In this document: in pieces, positions 8,421 through 18,974 of the stretch
Position numbering within the stretch: position 1 is the first letter of the stretch
Layout: each line of letters starts with the position of its first letter
IMG/VR virus record: IMGVR_UViG_3300037247_001116
Location: 38,659-102,658 of that record
Reading direction: 5' to 3' (one strand)
Source of the DNA: a virus
DNA: 64,000 nucleotides
Notes under the pieces: model-generated
What the model was told of the DNA's origin: nothing
The model's input: the letters and a program-made list of their open reading frames with translations, nothing else
Databases searched by the model: none
Made by a program: the position numbers and the translations under genes

Positions 8421-10931
8421 ATGGGCACTCGGAATATAGTTCCACGCGAAAATAACGAAGGAAATATCGGTACATCTGTAAAAAAATGGCTTAAAGGCTG
8501 GTTTGCTTCTGTTTTTGTCAATGGCAATATTACAGATGGTGTAAACAATGTCACTGTTGCTGAGTTGAGAAACCAACTTGATAATCCATCCACTCCTGAT
8601 GCAGACCAAATCGCAACAACTGATTCGGGCGAAACAGTCCAATCGAAAATTGACGATGCAGACGCACATGCGGTAAACACATCAAACCCACATTCTGTAA
8701 CACCAGCCCAGGTTGCTACTGCACATACTGATTTAACTGACATGCCAAGCGCGAGCAATTCTGACCATGACGAAAGATATACTTCAAGGTCACTTGTTAA
8801 TGGATCATTTAAAGAAACATTTAACTCTTTGGCTTCCTCTGATGGCGCAACTGTTTTGGCTGATTTAGAGCAATCAGGTGGTGGAGATTTAACGATGCAG
8901 TTTAGTGATGGAGATACAATTTTAGATACCACTCCTTCTCCTATAACAATCGAACTTACTGCGGGAACAGACACTAATCCTCAATCAAATTATATTTATA
9001 TCCCTCAATCAACAAAAATACTTACTAAATCTATTTCTGGATTTCCTACAGATACAGAACACATTAAGGTAGCATATTTCTTGGTTCCAAGCGCACCATA
9101 TGTAGCGGCAGATGGAGTTTATATCAATCAGAACTGGAACGACCATTTAATCGGCGGAGATAATCAAGGACATCTTTCTCATATGTCTGAAAGACAAAGG
9201 CGAATGGGAGCCTCTTATTTTAGCGGATTAGACCCTGCTGGAACAGATGATTCGGTAGCTACATCATATTTTGATTATGTCGGCGCGTCAGAGAGTTATT
9301 TTAAATGTTCTTCGGGTGTTATTTACCAGTTACACACCCATCCTGTATTAGCAACTGATAGCAGAACTGACATCATTCATGTTATAAACTGGAATGGAAA
9401 TTCTTACAACGATATAAACAACCTTGCTGATATTATTTCTGATTCGGAGGGCGTTTCATTAGGAAATAAATATTTCAATTTATTTTTCTTTGAAGTTGGA
9501 AATAAAACAGGCGCGTATTCTCCAATAATGTGTATGTTGCCTAGTGGATCATATAATTCGGAAATAAGTGCTTTAAACGATAGTTCTGGTTATGGAAATC
9601 TTAACATGCCTAGAGAGTTTGGTTTAGAGTCCTCTACTGGTATTCCTATATGCAAATTGACTTTGAAGTGGTCTGGTGGAACAACAACATTAACTCATAT
9701 ATCCACAGTAGATCTAAGACAAGGCGCTGGCTTGAGTGGTGGCGATGGAGGAGTAACAGATCACGGAGCATTGACAGGCTTGGCTGACGACGACCATTCT
9801 CAATATCACAATGATTCAAGGGGCGACACAAGATATTTATATAAAGAGAACACAACACCGTTTACGCCAGATGCGGATCACGAACCATCAACAAAGAAAT
9901 ACACTGATGATACAGTAAGCACTCATGCTACCAACACAAGCAACCCCCATTCAGTAACAAAAACACAGGTGGGTTTAACAAACGTCGATGATGTTCAGCA
10001 AATGCCTTTATCTTATTTAGATACTGACCCTGCACTCGCCGCAGATTCAGATACAAAGGTTGCTTCTCAAAAAGCTGGAAAAGCATATATTAATGCTCTC
10101 TTAGAAGCCAACGATGCAATGGTTTACAAAGGAGTTATTGATTGTGGTGGAAATCCTGATTATCCCGCCGCAGAAGCAGGTCATACTTATAGAATTAGTG
10201 TGGCTGGAAAACTCGGTGGAGCCTCTGGTGAAAACGTAGAAGTTGGTGATATGGCTATTTGTGTTGCTGATAGTACAGCATCGGGCGACCAAGCGGCTGT
10301 AGGTGAATTTTGGAATATCATTCAAGTAAACATTGACGGAAATGTTGTAGCATTAAGTCCATTTATTTCTGTTGATGATAACATACCAAAATATAGCGGA
10401 ACATCTGGAAGAATTCTTGAAGATAGCGGAGTAGCCATTTCTGATGTCACAGGTCACATTGCTGATACAGCCAACCCTCACAGCGTTGTCGCGGATCAAG
10501 TAGGAACCGATGATAGTGGTGTTACAGTCCAGTCGGCTTTAGATGCAGTTGAATCCGATGTCGTTGATTTAAAAGAATCCGTTCTTACCTTTGTTATTGA
10601 TGGTGGCGGAAGTGAAATTTCGACAGGTGTTAAAGGTGATTTATTAGTTCCTTTCGGATGTACGATTACCAAAGTCACTTTATTAGCAGACCAAACAGGA
10701 AGTGTGGTTATAGATATTTGGAAAGATACTTATGCTAATTTCGATCCTACGGTTGCTGATTCAATTACGGCAAGTGCTAAACCGACGATTACAACAGCAA
10801 AAAAATCGCAAGATGCAACATTAACTGGTTGGACAACTGCGATAACTGCGGAAGATATTTTAAGATTTAATGTTGACAGTATTACTGACATTCAAAGAGT
10901 TTCAATTATTTTATCGATAACGAGGAATTAA
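8421..10931 (+). CDS. Long fibre/appendage structural protein
   Basis: NTSNPHSVT repeats, DHGALTGLADDDHSQY, YKGVIDC module, C-terminal FVIDGGG...IDIWK domain. Confidence 0.7.
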   Translation: MGTRNIVPRENNEGNIGTSVKKWLKGWFASVFVNGNITDGVNNVTVAELRNQLDNPSTPDADQIATTDSGETVQSKIDDADAHAVNTSNPHSVTPAQVATAHTDLTDMPSASNSDHDERYTSRSLVNGSFKETFNSLASSDGATVLADLEQSGGGDLTMQFSDGDTILDTTPSPITIELTAGTDTNPQSNYIYIPQSTKILTKSISGFPTDTEHIKVAYFLVPSAPYVAADGVYINQNWNDHLIGGDNQGHLSHMSERQRRMGASYFSGLDPAGTDDSVATSYFDYVGASESYFKCSSGVIYQLHTHPVLATDSRTDIIHVINWNGNSYNDINNLADIISDSEGVSLGNKYFNLFFFEVGNKTGAYSPIMCMLPSGSYNSEISALNDSSGYGNLNMPREFGLESSTGIPICKLTLKWSGGTTTLTHISTVDLRQGAGLSGGDGGVTDHGALTGLADDDHSQYHNDSRGDTRYLYKENTTPFTPDADHEPSTKKYTDDTVSTHATNTSNPHSVTKTQVGLTNVDDVQQMPLSYLDTDPALAADSDTKVASQKAGKAYINALLEANDAMVYKGVIDCGGNPDYPAAEAGHTYRISVAGKLGGASGENVEVGDMAICVADSTASGDQAAVGEFWNIIQVNIDGNVVALSPFISVDDNIPKYSGTSGRILEDSGVAISDVTGHIADTANPHSVVADQVGTDDSGVTVQSALDAVESDVVDLKESVLTFVIDGGGSEISTGVKGDLLVPFGCTITKVTLLADQTGSVVIDIWKDTYANFDPTVADSITASAKPTITTAKKSQDATLTGWTTAITAEDILRFNVDSITDIQRVSIILSITRN

Positions 10932-10932
10932 A

Positions 10933-11670
10933 ATGGCTGGTAATAACGTAGACACAAAATTGCTTTTACATATGAACGGTGCTGATGAATCTATTACATT
11001 TATTGATTCAAGAGCAACAGGAACTCCGCATACCGTAACTGCCGTGGGCAATGCTCAGATAGATACGGCACAGTCAGTTTTTGGTGGAGCAAGCGGTTTA
11101 TTCGACGGCGCGGGGGATTATTTATCTATGCCCGATTCGCCTGATTGGGATGTATTCGCGAGTAGCATTGATGATTGGACTTTGGATGCACATATTAGAA
11201 GGATTGGCGATGGAGGCAATACATCAGAGCCTATATTTTCTCAAGCAAATACAACCGCTTCTATGTATTGGCGTTTTGAACATCACAGATCTAGGGGGCT
11301 TCGCATTGTGGTATATGATTCAGGACAGATTATTGTCACTGCTGATCTTACTCCTTTATCCAATGATACTTGGTATCACATTGCTATGTGTAAAGTGGGT
11401 AGTTTATATGGAATATACATCGACGGAACACAAGTATCTTTTGTTGATGATAGTTCTACACTTAGTATAGCGGGATTATTCGCTATCGGAACACGACCAC
11501 AATCTTCACCTGTTGCTTTTTTTAATGGAAACATAGACGAGGCAAGAGTTCAAAAGAGCAATTATTTTACCGCATCGCCAAATGTGGGTTTATCTGATAC
11601 AATTGTTGTTCCTACAGAAGAATATTCGCTTGCAGGGTTTCCACATAGTCAAGGATATATTGTTTCTTAA
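10933..11670 (+). CDS. LamG/ConA-like lectin domain virion protein
   Basis: KLLLHMNG, FGGASGLFDG, WYHIA, FNGNIDEARV motifs. Confidence 0.85.
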   Translation: MAGNNVDTKLLLHMNGADESITFIDSRATGTPHTVTAVGNAQIDTAQSVFGGASGLFDGAGDYLSMPDSPDWDVFASSIDDWTLDAHIRRIGDGGNTSEPIFSQANTTASMYWRFEHHRSRGLRIVVYDSGQIIVTADLTPLSNDTWYHIAMCKVGSLYGIYIDGTQVSFVDDSSTLSIAGLFAIGTRPQSSPVAFFNGNIDEARVQKSNYFTASPNVGLSDTIVVPTEEYSLAGFPHSQGYIVS

Positions 11671-11679
11671 AGGAGTTAT

Positions 11680-12219
11680 ATGTTTAATTCGTGCAAATTT
11701 AATACTGTTAAATATAACTCTGTTTGTGTAGCAGAAGTGGTCACACCAGTTATTCCAGGCAAAGTTCAAATAACCAAAAGAAGACGCAGAAGACAACATG
11801 TTTTACAACATTTTCAATTCGTTGGTACTAAATTAATTCCTAAAGTTCATAGGCTTGATTTTATAGGAACAGTTCTTGTCAACAACACAGAAACAATCAC
11901 ATTTATAGCTCAACTTTTAAACAAGAAGGTTTCAACGATAGAATTAAATGGCGCGTTATGTTTCCCATTTAATGCGACACAACAAGTTAATGGAAGAGTC
12001 AAAATTTTAACAAAAGATAATATCGAGATAACTGCATCGACTTTATTTTTAGGAAAACATCAGTATAGAATTCAGGGAACCAAATCCCTTCATTTTAGAA
12101 ACATACAAAAAGTAAACGGAAAAGTTAAATTTCCTTATAGACAAAAGCAATTGATCAAAGGCAAAAAAGACATTACAAACATATTCGAAGCATTAGACCT
12201 CTTCGATATTGGAGATTAA
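11680..12219 (+). CDS. Basic hypothetical virion protein
   Basis: AGGAG RBS; MFNSCKFNTVKYN start; KRRRRR tract. Confidence 0.6.
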   Translation: MFNSCKFNTVKYNSVCVAEVVTPVIPGKVQITKRRRRRQHVLQHFQFVGTKLIPKVHRLDFIGTVLVNNTETITFIAQLLNKKVSTIELNGALCFPFNATQQVNGRVKILTKDNIEITASTLFLGKHQYRIQGTKSLHFRNIQKVNGKVKFPYRQKQLIKGKKDITNIFEALDLFDIGD

Positions 12220-12220
12220 A

Positions 12221-13726
12221 ATGAAACAAAAAATTTATTCAAAATCAGTAACTGTAGCTAAAGAAACAGAACACATCAAAGCCGTTGCAGAAAAGTTAGG
12301 TATTGTTTTGCCTTCCACTCATACTGCTTTATTCCAAAGCGTTTTTGCCCCTCTTGATGAGGCGAACTTAAACGGTCATCGTCTTGACAGTAAAATTGTT
12401 GATGTTGAAATTAAAAAAATGATTGGCGCACAAGCTAATCTTGAACACATGGGTTATGGATGGATTGTTGGTGTTATATTAGATGCTTGGGTAAATGATT
12501 CAAACGAAATAGAAATCATTTATTCTTTTGCTAAAAATATTTATAAAGATGAATATGTATTGGCATTAGAAGCAATGGCTAACGGTGACCTCGCAGTTTC
12601 ATTTGAACTTGATGCTGAAATTGCAGGACAGGAAAAATTAGCTGACGGAACACTTTTACTTCATGATTACAGTTTTACAGGCGTTGGAGTATTGATCCAG
12701 AACCCCCCTGCATATGCAAATGCAAAAACATATGAATTTGCAAACGCGATTAAAGACAGATTGCAAGAATCAACAAATAAAGAATTTGTCTTTGCTTCAC
12801 AATTGGAAAAAACATGTGATAATGTTCTTTCTAATACCAATGAAAAAACAGAAACCCCCGCTTTGACTGAATCGAAGATTGATTCAGATAAAAATGATAT
12901 AAAAGACAAAGATTTAGAAAACAAAACAAGTAAAGAGGGAGGAAACACAAAAATGGAATTAACAAAAGAACAAAAAGCCGAAATCGAGAACCTTAGAGCA
13001 GAGCTTGGTGATTTAGCAAAAGATGTTTCTGATGAAGAATTGCTTGACGAAACTATCGTTGCCGAACTTCGCACTAAAGCCGAAGAAGCAAGAGTTACAC
13101 AGTTAGCTTATCAGGTAGACGTTGTAGAAGTCCGTACATATTCGTTGGTTGAAAAAGACGGAGTTGACACTATCAAAGAAACAGTTGAAATTGTCAAAAG
13201 AATCGACTACAATTCTCAGCTTGCCGCAGTTGCTAAAGTTGAAGAACTTGAAGCAACATTGTCCGCTAAAGATTCAGAAATTGAATCTGTTAGGGAAAAT
13301 GCGGAAAAGGTTGGCAAAGCAAAAGTAGAGTTGAAAGACAATACATTTGCCGCTGATTTTACTGATGAGGATTATCTTGATGATGTCAAGGTTGCAAAGG
13401 CTATTCAGGATAAAACTGATGCCGAGGTTATTGCCACTCGCAAAGAAGAATTGAAAGACAATAAATATGCCACTGACTTTTCAGATGAAGATTATCTGGA
13501 TGAAACGAAAGTTGAGTTAGCGGTTGTTAAAGCGGAAAAAGACGAATTAGTTGCTAAAGTTCCAGCAGAAGAAGTAGTTGCAACAACCGTTGTTGAAAAA
13601 CCAACACCGATGAATGCTGGCGTAAAGACTGAAACTACTGATGAGAATAAATCAGTGGAAGTTATGGCTTCAATTCGAAAAGCAAATAAAGATGGAAGAG
13701 AAGCAATCAAAGTTTATACAAAATAA
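12221..13726 (+). CDS. Prohead protease/scaffold fusion
   Basis: Upstream of MCP; NLEH, VSFE, PPAY protease-like motifs; acidic coiled C-terminus. Confidence 0.75.
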   Translation: MKQKIYSKSVTVAKETEHIKAVAEKLGIVLPSTHTALFQSVFAPLDEANLNGHRLDSKIVDVEIKKMIGAQANLEHMGYGWIVGVILDAWVNDSNEIEIIYSFAKNIYKDEYVLALEAMANGDLAVSFELDAEIAGQEKLADGTLLLHDYSFTGVGVLIQNPPAYANAKTYEFANAIKDRLQESTNKEFVFASQLEKTCDNVLSNTNEKTETPALTESKIDSDKNDIKDKDLENKTSKEGGNTKMELTKEQKAEIENLRAELGDLAKDVSDEELLDETIVAELRTKAEEARVTQLAYQVDVVEVRTYSLVEKDGVDTIKETVEIVKRIDYNSQLAAVAKVEELEATLSAKDSEIESVRENAEKVGKAKVELKDNTFAADFTDEDYLDDVKVAKAIQDKTDAEVIATRKEELKDNKYATDFSDEDYLDETKVELAVVKAEKDELVAKVPAEEVVATTVVEKPTPMNAGVKTETTDENKSVEVMASIRKANKDGREAIKVYTK

Positions 13727-13758
13727 CAATATTGGAAAAAAACAGGAGGAAGTAAATA

Positions 13759-14736
13759 ATGAAAGTTAAATTAACTGCTGAACAAAAATCAGCACTAAAA
13801 GAAGAAATGCAGAAAGCAGGAGCAATGTCTGCGGCTGATAGAGAAATTTTTATCGCCAAGACGATAGGTGAGGTCTATGATTTAGAACTCCCTATTCCTG
13901 AAGTTATTTCTGCAATTGCTCGTTTCGAGCGCGTTGCTGTTGGAGAGCATTTGTTTTATAATGTTCCTGCCGCAATTACAAAAGCCGTTAGAACGATTAC
14001 ATCAGGTTGTGTTTTAACGCAAACCAAAGTTAGCCCGAACACTCGTACAGAGGTTTCTTGGACTGACTTGGTTTCTGAACAAGTATATGTTTGTTTGCAT
14101 GATTGGGTCAAAGGCGATCACGACGTGCTTACATTCAATGCTGACGCGATTCAGGAAGCAATGGATCGTAAGGAAATCTATCTTGTATTAGCTTTGGCTC
14201 TTGCAGGAGCAGTTTCCGAAAGTAATGTGTATACACTTCGCAGTGGTGAAGATAAGTTCGTTTATCCTGACCTTGTTGATATGGCTCGTTCTATCGCAAG
14301 ATATGGTAAAGATCTTGTGCTTATTACTGGTGGAGAAATCACGACTGACATTCAGTTGTTGAATTATGATGCTGATAAAAATAGTTCGGTTTCTATTTTT
14401 GACGTTGTTCAGAAGCATATTCCAATTGAAGAGTTAAGCGTTACGATTAATGGCACACCTACGGTTGTGCTTGCGGCTGATGTAGCCATTTTGGTTGCTG
14501 TATCTGATGCCAAAAAGAATCGTTCCCTGCTTGTCGCTCGTCGTCAGATGGGTCAAGTTGTACAGAAAAGCGATACGGAATACATGGATCAAGCGGCTGA
14601 ACGTATTGTTATTTCTACTGGCAACACGGTAGGTGTTGGAACTGACATGTTGTTAGCAAAGGGTTTTGTCGGTTTTGAAGAGTTTAGTGGCACGTCTTTG
14701 AATGACAAGACGTATGCTAAGTTCACGCGAGAATAA
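13759..14736 (+). CDS. Major capsid protein
   Basis: 325 aa after the scaffold; strong AGGAGG RBS; followed by a hairpin. Confidence 0.75.
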   Translation: MKVKLTAEQKSALKEEMQKAGAMSAADREIFIAKTIGEVYDLELPIPEVISAIARFERVAVGEHLFYNVPAAITKAVRTITSGCVLTQTKVSPNTRTEVSWTDLVSEQVYVCLHDWVKGDHDVLTFNADAIQEAMDRKEIYLVLALALAGAVSESNVYTLRSGEDKFVYPDLVDMARSIARYGKDLVLITGGEITTDIQLLNYDADKNSSVSIFDVVQKHIPIEELSVTINGTPTVVLAADVAILVAVSDAKKNRSLLVARRQMGQVVQKSDTEYMDQAAERIVISTGNTVGVGTDMLLAKGFVGFEEFSGTSLNDKTYAKFTRE

Positions 14737-14750
14737 ACCTCGTTTAGTAA

Positions 14751-14783
14751 AGAGAAGGGGAGAACAAGATTCTCCTCTTCTCT
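14751..14783 (+). terminator. Stem-loop after MCP (terminator or mRNA stabiliser)
   Basis: AGAGAAGGGGAGAA-caaga-TTCTCCTCTTCTCT; weak U-tract. Confidence 0.65.
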
Positions 14784-14810
14784 CCGATTAATATTTAACA
14801 GGAAATAAAA

Positions 14811-15329
14811 ATGCTAAGACAAATTACTCCAAAAGATAGATCTAATTTCATTCATTTCTGTCAATTTCGTGATCCTTATTCAGATTTTTTTATCACAAAG
14901 AATAATAAACGATTATATTTGACCAATATCAAAAATGCATCACTAGCATTCGATGACTGTTTAAAGCGAGGAAATAAATGCTTTATTAAAGAAGAAAACG
15001 GTGAAATAAAAGCTGTTCTTTTGGTAGTCGGTTTCAAAGATAAATTTGAAAGAAAATATATAAAAGTTTTAGCAAAATCAAAGAGAGACATCTTAGATTT
15101 ATTTTCGTTTCTTCAATGGCAGGACTTGACCGATTTATTCATGAAAGTCAAAGTGTCAAACACAAATTTTGTTCGATATGATGAAAGAATTAAGCGTTAC
15201 AAACCATCATATGTTCTTAGGAAAAACGGTTTTTCAGTCATCTCAATAAGAGATAGAGAAGCCCTTCTTAAAAAAGAAGAGATGAAATTCAAATATAACA
15301 AAATAAAATTTAACAAAGATGAGGAATAA
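14811..15329 (+). CDS. Hypothetical protein, possible GNAT-like fold
   Basis: MLRQIT start, CFIKEENGEIKAVLLV and LRKNGF resemble acetyltransferase elements. Confidence 0.4.
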   Translation: MLRQITPKDRSNFIHFCQFRDPYSDFFITKNNKRLYLTNIKNASLAFDDCLKRGNKCFIKEENGEIKAVLLVVGFKDKFERKYIKVLAKSKRDILDLFSFLQWQDLTDLFMKVKVSNTNFVRYDERIKRYKPSYVLRKNGFSVISIRDREALLKKEEMKFKYNKIKFNKDEE

Positions 15330-15331
15330 TT

Positions 15332-15934
15332 ATGGCTATCGTCAATACAATAACCAGTGTAACCTCAATTATCAGGGGATTGATTCAAGATCCTTTAAGA
15401 ACTGATGGTCGTATTGCCTACACTTATAAAACATCTAACGTCTTTACATTGCCTGACCCGTATTTATCGTCTGCAACAATAGTGGTTTTTCACAACGGTG
15501 CAGAACTTGTATTAAACACGGATTATACTTATAATTCGGATAATAATCAAATCACCATCACAGCCTCTTTAACAGCTAACGATAGTATTGTTGTCACATA
15601 TTCTTATTATAAGAAATATTCTGATAACGAAATCGAAGGTTATTTAGCAAGTTCTTTCGTGTATTTTGTGCAGTATAAATACAAGAAAACATTTTTACTT
15701 AATGATGACGATGAAATTGTTGCTGAAAATGACTATGATCCATCAACAGACGAGTTATACTTTATTGCTATTATTGCGTCAATTTTGATTGATCCACAGA
15801 ACATTAAAATTTCTATTCCAGATTTGGCTATTGATGCTAAAAGGGATAAATCAGACCAAGAACAGATAAAAGATGCATTTAATAATTTTCAAAGTTATCT
15901 TGGCTCAATTGATTTTACAAAATATATTAATTAA
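15332..15934 (+). CDS. Putative head-tail adaptor with beta-repeat insertion
   Basis: Position; VFHNGAEL...DYTY...IVVTYSY repeat within a helical frame. Confidence 0.5.
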   Translation: MAIVNTITSVTSIIRGLIQDPLRTDGRIAYTYKTSNVFTLPDPYLSSATIVVFHNGAELVLNTDYTYNSDNNQITITASLTANDSIVVTYSYYKKYSDNEIEGYLASSFVYFVQYKYKKTFLLNDDDEIVAENDYDPSTDELYFIAIIASILIDPQNIKISIPDLAIDAKRDKSDQEQIKDAFNNFQSYLGSIDFTKYIN

Positions 15935-15945
15935 AAGAGGTAATT

Positions 15946-16206
15946 ATGGCTGGTAGATGTTATGAAATTAAAATATCAAATGAAATTATAACCAATGAAA
16001 TTCCTGACGGTTCTGTTAATTCGTCAAATAAAGATTTTGAGTTATTAAATACGCCTGTTATTGGAACTGTTGAGGTATATTTGGGCGGTTTAATACAATC
16101 TCCTGGTGCTGGTCTGGATTATACGATAAGTGGCAAAACCATCTTGTTTATCAAAGCTCCTAGAAATAACAGTGAACTTTTGGTTAGTTATATTAAAGAC
16201 AATTAA
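15946..16206 (+). CDS. Small virion beta-repeat protein
   Basis: NEIPDGSVNSSN...VEVYLGG...GAGLDY...KAPR; paralogous to the C-terminus of 16519..17199. Confidence 0.65.
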   Translation: MAGRCYEIKISNEIITNEIPDGSVNSSNKDFELLNTPVIGTVEVYLGGLIQSPGAGLDYTISGKTILFIKAPRNNSELLVSYIKDN

Positions 16207-16228
16207 TAATTTAAAAAGGAGAAATAAA

Positions 16229-16477
16229 ATGGCTTCTTCAAGACCAAAAAAAACTATAGCGAAGAAAAGAGTAACTAAGAAAAAAGTTATAAACACAGAT
16301 ATTAAAAAAGAAATCATTGAAAAACTGTTGAGTGAAAAAAGAGCAGAAATTCAAAAAAAACTTGAACTTGTTAATAAAGTCAAACAATCTTTACAAAATG
16401 AAGCTAAAAAATTATCCGAACTTGAAGGAGCAATTATCGTTCTTCATGAATTATTAACAGGCGAAAAGGTAGAGTAA
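16229..16477 (+). CDS. Basic coiled-coil protein
   Basis: AGGAG RBS before ATG 16229. Confidence 0.65.
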   Translation: MASSRPKKTIAKKRVTKKKVINTDIKKEIIEKLLSEKRAEIQKKLELVNKVKQSLQNEAKKLSELEGAIIVLHELLTGEKVE

Positions 16478-16518
16478 AAGAGTAGAGGAAATAGAAAGAG
16501 TACAAGGAGGATTTAAAA

Positions 16519-17199
16519 ATGGGAAATAGAAATACAGTTATATATGGTGATCAAATTGATGATACAGTCCTGGGTGCTGGTTTAGTCAAGAATGTTTCTG
16601 ATGATTTCACACATAAGCTCGATGTTAATGTCGATGATTCATCTATTGAAATTGACACAAACATAGTTAGAGTTAAAGCATCAGGTGTAACCAATGATAT
16701 GTTAGCTGGTTCAATTGCTGATGGAAAATTGTTACAGGATTATATCCAAACTTCTGAAGTTGATGATAGCACAATCGAATTTGGTGGAGGAAGTCTTAAT
16801 GTTAAAGCATTAGGAATTAATACTGCTGAATTGGCTAATGAGGCTGTCACTGAAGGAAAAATTGCAATCTTTAATAGCCCGACCATTGGAGAGTATTTAA
16901 AATTTACTTCTAATGGAATGGAATGGATTGCTCTTTCTACTGAGTTTGTTGAAATAACAGATGTTGTTACTAATGAAATTCCAACTGGCTTAATTAATTC
17001 TAGCAATACAGATTATGACTTAGCTAATACACCTGTCGAGGCTACAGTAGAAGTATATTTAAATGGTATATTTCAAGCTCAAGGAGCAGGTTTAGATTAT
17101 GAACTTAATCCTTCATCTGGTCAAACAGAAACTATTGTTTTCTCTAAAGCACCGAGAACTAATAGTGACATTTATGTGAGTTATATAATCAATAATTAA
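16519..17199 (+). CDS. Virion fibre-like protein
   Basis: VDDSSIEI and VDDSTIEF repeats; C-terminal NEIPTGLINSSN repeat. Confidence 0.7.
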   Translation: MGNRNTVIYGDQIDDTVLGAGLVKNVSDDFTHKLDVNVDDSSIEIDTNIVRVKASGVTNDMLAGSIADGKLLQDYIQTSEVDDSTIEFGGGSLNVKALGINTAELANEAVTEGKIAIFNSPTIGEYLKFTSNGMEWIALSTEFVEITDVVTNEIPTGLINSSNTDYDLANTPVEATVEVYLNGIFQAQGAGLDYELNPSSGQTETIVFSKAPRTNSDIYVSYIINN

Positions 17200-17211
17200 C
17201 AATAATATTTT

Positions 17212-17251
17212 CAGGGGCAGTTAGAAATAACTGCCCTTGTTAATACTTTTT
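17212..17251 (+). terminator. Intrinsic terminator-like hairpin
   Basis: CAGGGGCAGTTA-GAAA-TAACTGCCCTTG followed by a T-rich run. Confidence 0.7.
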
Positions 17252-17263
17252 AAAGGCTAAATC

Positions 17264-18742
17264 ATGGCAGATGATGATAGAAGAACGACAATAGATGGCG
17301 ATCAAATCACTCAGCACACAGTAAGTCCAGAGGAATTAAGAGAAACTGGTACTCCACAAGTAGGTCAAACACCAGTTTACAAAGAAAATCCTTCAGGTAC
17401 ACCTGATGAATTTAAATGGGTAGGCTGTGATTTTGCACAAACTGTTACTGTAGCAAAAGAAGGCGGTGATTATACTACTATTCAAGATGCAATAGATTCT
17501 ATCACCGATGCTTCTATTGCTAAATTATATGTTATTTTAGTATATCCAGGTACTTATACAGAAAATATTATATTAAAATCTTTTGTATCTCTTATAGGAA
17601 CCAGTGGCACTCATACCTCTATTGCTGGAACAATAGTTTTTCCTGACGATGCATTAAATCTTGCAGAAATAAGAAATATAGATATTCAGTGGACTTATTC
17701 TACCGCAGGTAGTCTTGAAACAGTTATATCTATTCCTAACTGTGCATTGATAATCTTTGATGCTGTAAGATTAGCTATAGATTCTACTACTAATGATAGT
17801 CAAGTATGTATGCTTAATATACAAGGAGGAACTGTTTTATTTATATCAAGCAGGATTTTATTAGATCATACTGGCACAAGTGCCTCATCAAACACAATTA
17901 ATTTAATAAATATTAATGGATCTGGAACAATAGAATTTAATAATAATAGTATAAATGTTAATTATGATGATGAAGTTGATAATGTTAGATTTATTAATGA
18001 GAATAGTAGTGCAGATATATCTGCAACTTTTAGAAGTAATGTTATTTTTATGACTTTAGGACATGATTCTTATTCTGGATTAGCGAGAATTTTTAGAATT
18101 AGAGGAACAGCATCTGATAAAATTTTTCATAATAATTTTTTTAGTCTTAAAGCAACTGGTGGATCTGTAACGGGAACTGCTGATTGTATTTCTACCAATA
18201 CTGATGCTGGTGGTGCTGTAATAAGACTATTCGCCAATCAATTAGAAGTAGATGGATTTACCGATAACGATGGTTTCCACATTGCTTCGGGAGATACAGT
18301 TATTAATAGAAATACTGCTGTACATGCGACATCGCCCTTTGTGGGAAGTGGTAATAAAGATTATTTACCTCGGAATGAATATGATTCCAGTGAATCATCA
18401 TCCACTACAACATCGACTTCTTTACAGGATAAAATATCTTTAACAATTGTACCAGGCGCTTCTTCTGAAGTTTGGAGAATTCATGCGTCTTTTGAAGTTA
18501 GAGGTAATACTGCTGATATGTATGTAAGAGCAAGATTAAGAGACACCACAAACAATGATACTTTATTTGAAAATTGGGAACACATTCATTCAGTTGTTGT
18601 TGATGAAGAAATTCAAATAAGTGGATTTGAACAATTAACAATCACAGAAGATACCACATTTGTTATACAGTGGCAATCAAATAATGGAGCGAATACTGCT
18701 TCTATAAGAAAAGCCCGAATTTGGGCTGAAAGAGTATCATAA
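17264..18742 (+). CDS. Beta-helix (pectinesterase-like) spike/fibre protein
   Basis: VTVAKEGGDYTTIQDAIDSI...VYPGTYTENI motif; Asn/Ile-rich repeats. Confidence 0.75.
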   Translation: MADDDRRTTIDGDQITQHTVSPEELRETGTPQVGQTPVYKENPSGTPDEFKWVGCDFAQTVTVAKEGGDYTTIQDAIDSITDASIAKLYVILVYPGTYTENIILKSFVSLIGTSGTHTSIAGTIVFPDDALNLAEIRNIDIQWTYSTAGSLETVISIPNCALIIFDAVRLAIDSTTNDSQVCMLNIQGGTVLFISSRILLDHTGTSASSNTINLININGSGTIEFNNNSINVNYDDEVDNVRFINENSSADISATFRSNVIFMTLGHDSYSGLARIFRIRGTASDKIFHNNFFSLKATGGSVTGTADCISTNTDAGGAVIRLFANQLEVDGFTDNDGFHIASGDTVINRNTAVHATSPFVGSGNKDYLPRNEYDSSESSSTTTSTSLQDKISLTIVPGASSEVWRIHASFEVRGNTADMYVRARLRDTTNNDTLFENWEHIHSVVVDEEIQISGFEQLTITEDTTFVIQWQSNNGANTASIRKARIWAERVS

Positions 18743-18957
18743 TGGATTATTTGTATACAAATATTTCAAATCCTAATTTACAAAATATAGAATCGGCAAT
18801 AATAAATTCTGATATGTTTGATAAAACTATAGAATTTAGTCGATGGGATGAAGATCCTGAAGAATTAACTGTAGGTATTTTAAATTTAATATTTACCAAT
18901 ATATTATCTGATGATGACAAAAGTAAACTTGACATCATTGTGAATGATAATACATAA
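18742..18957 (+). CDS. Small acidic protein, possible fibre partner
   Basis: Overlaps the spike gene stop. Confidence 0.55.
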   Translation: MDYLYTNISNPNLQNIESAIINSDMFDKTIEFSRWDEDPEELTVGILNLIFTNILSDDDKSKLDIIVNDNT

Positions 18958-18974
18958 ATAGGGCATAGCCGATT

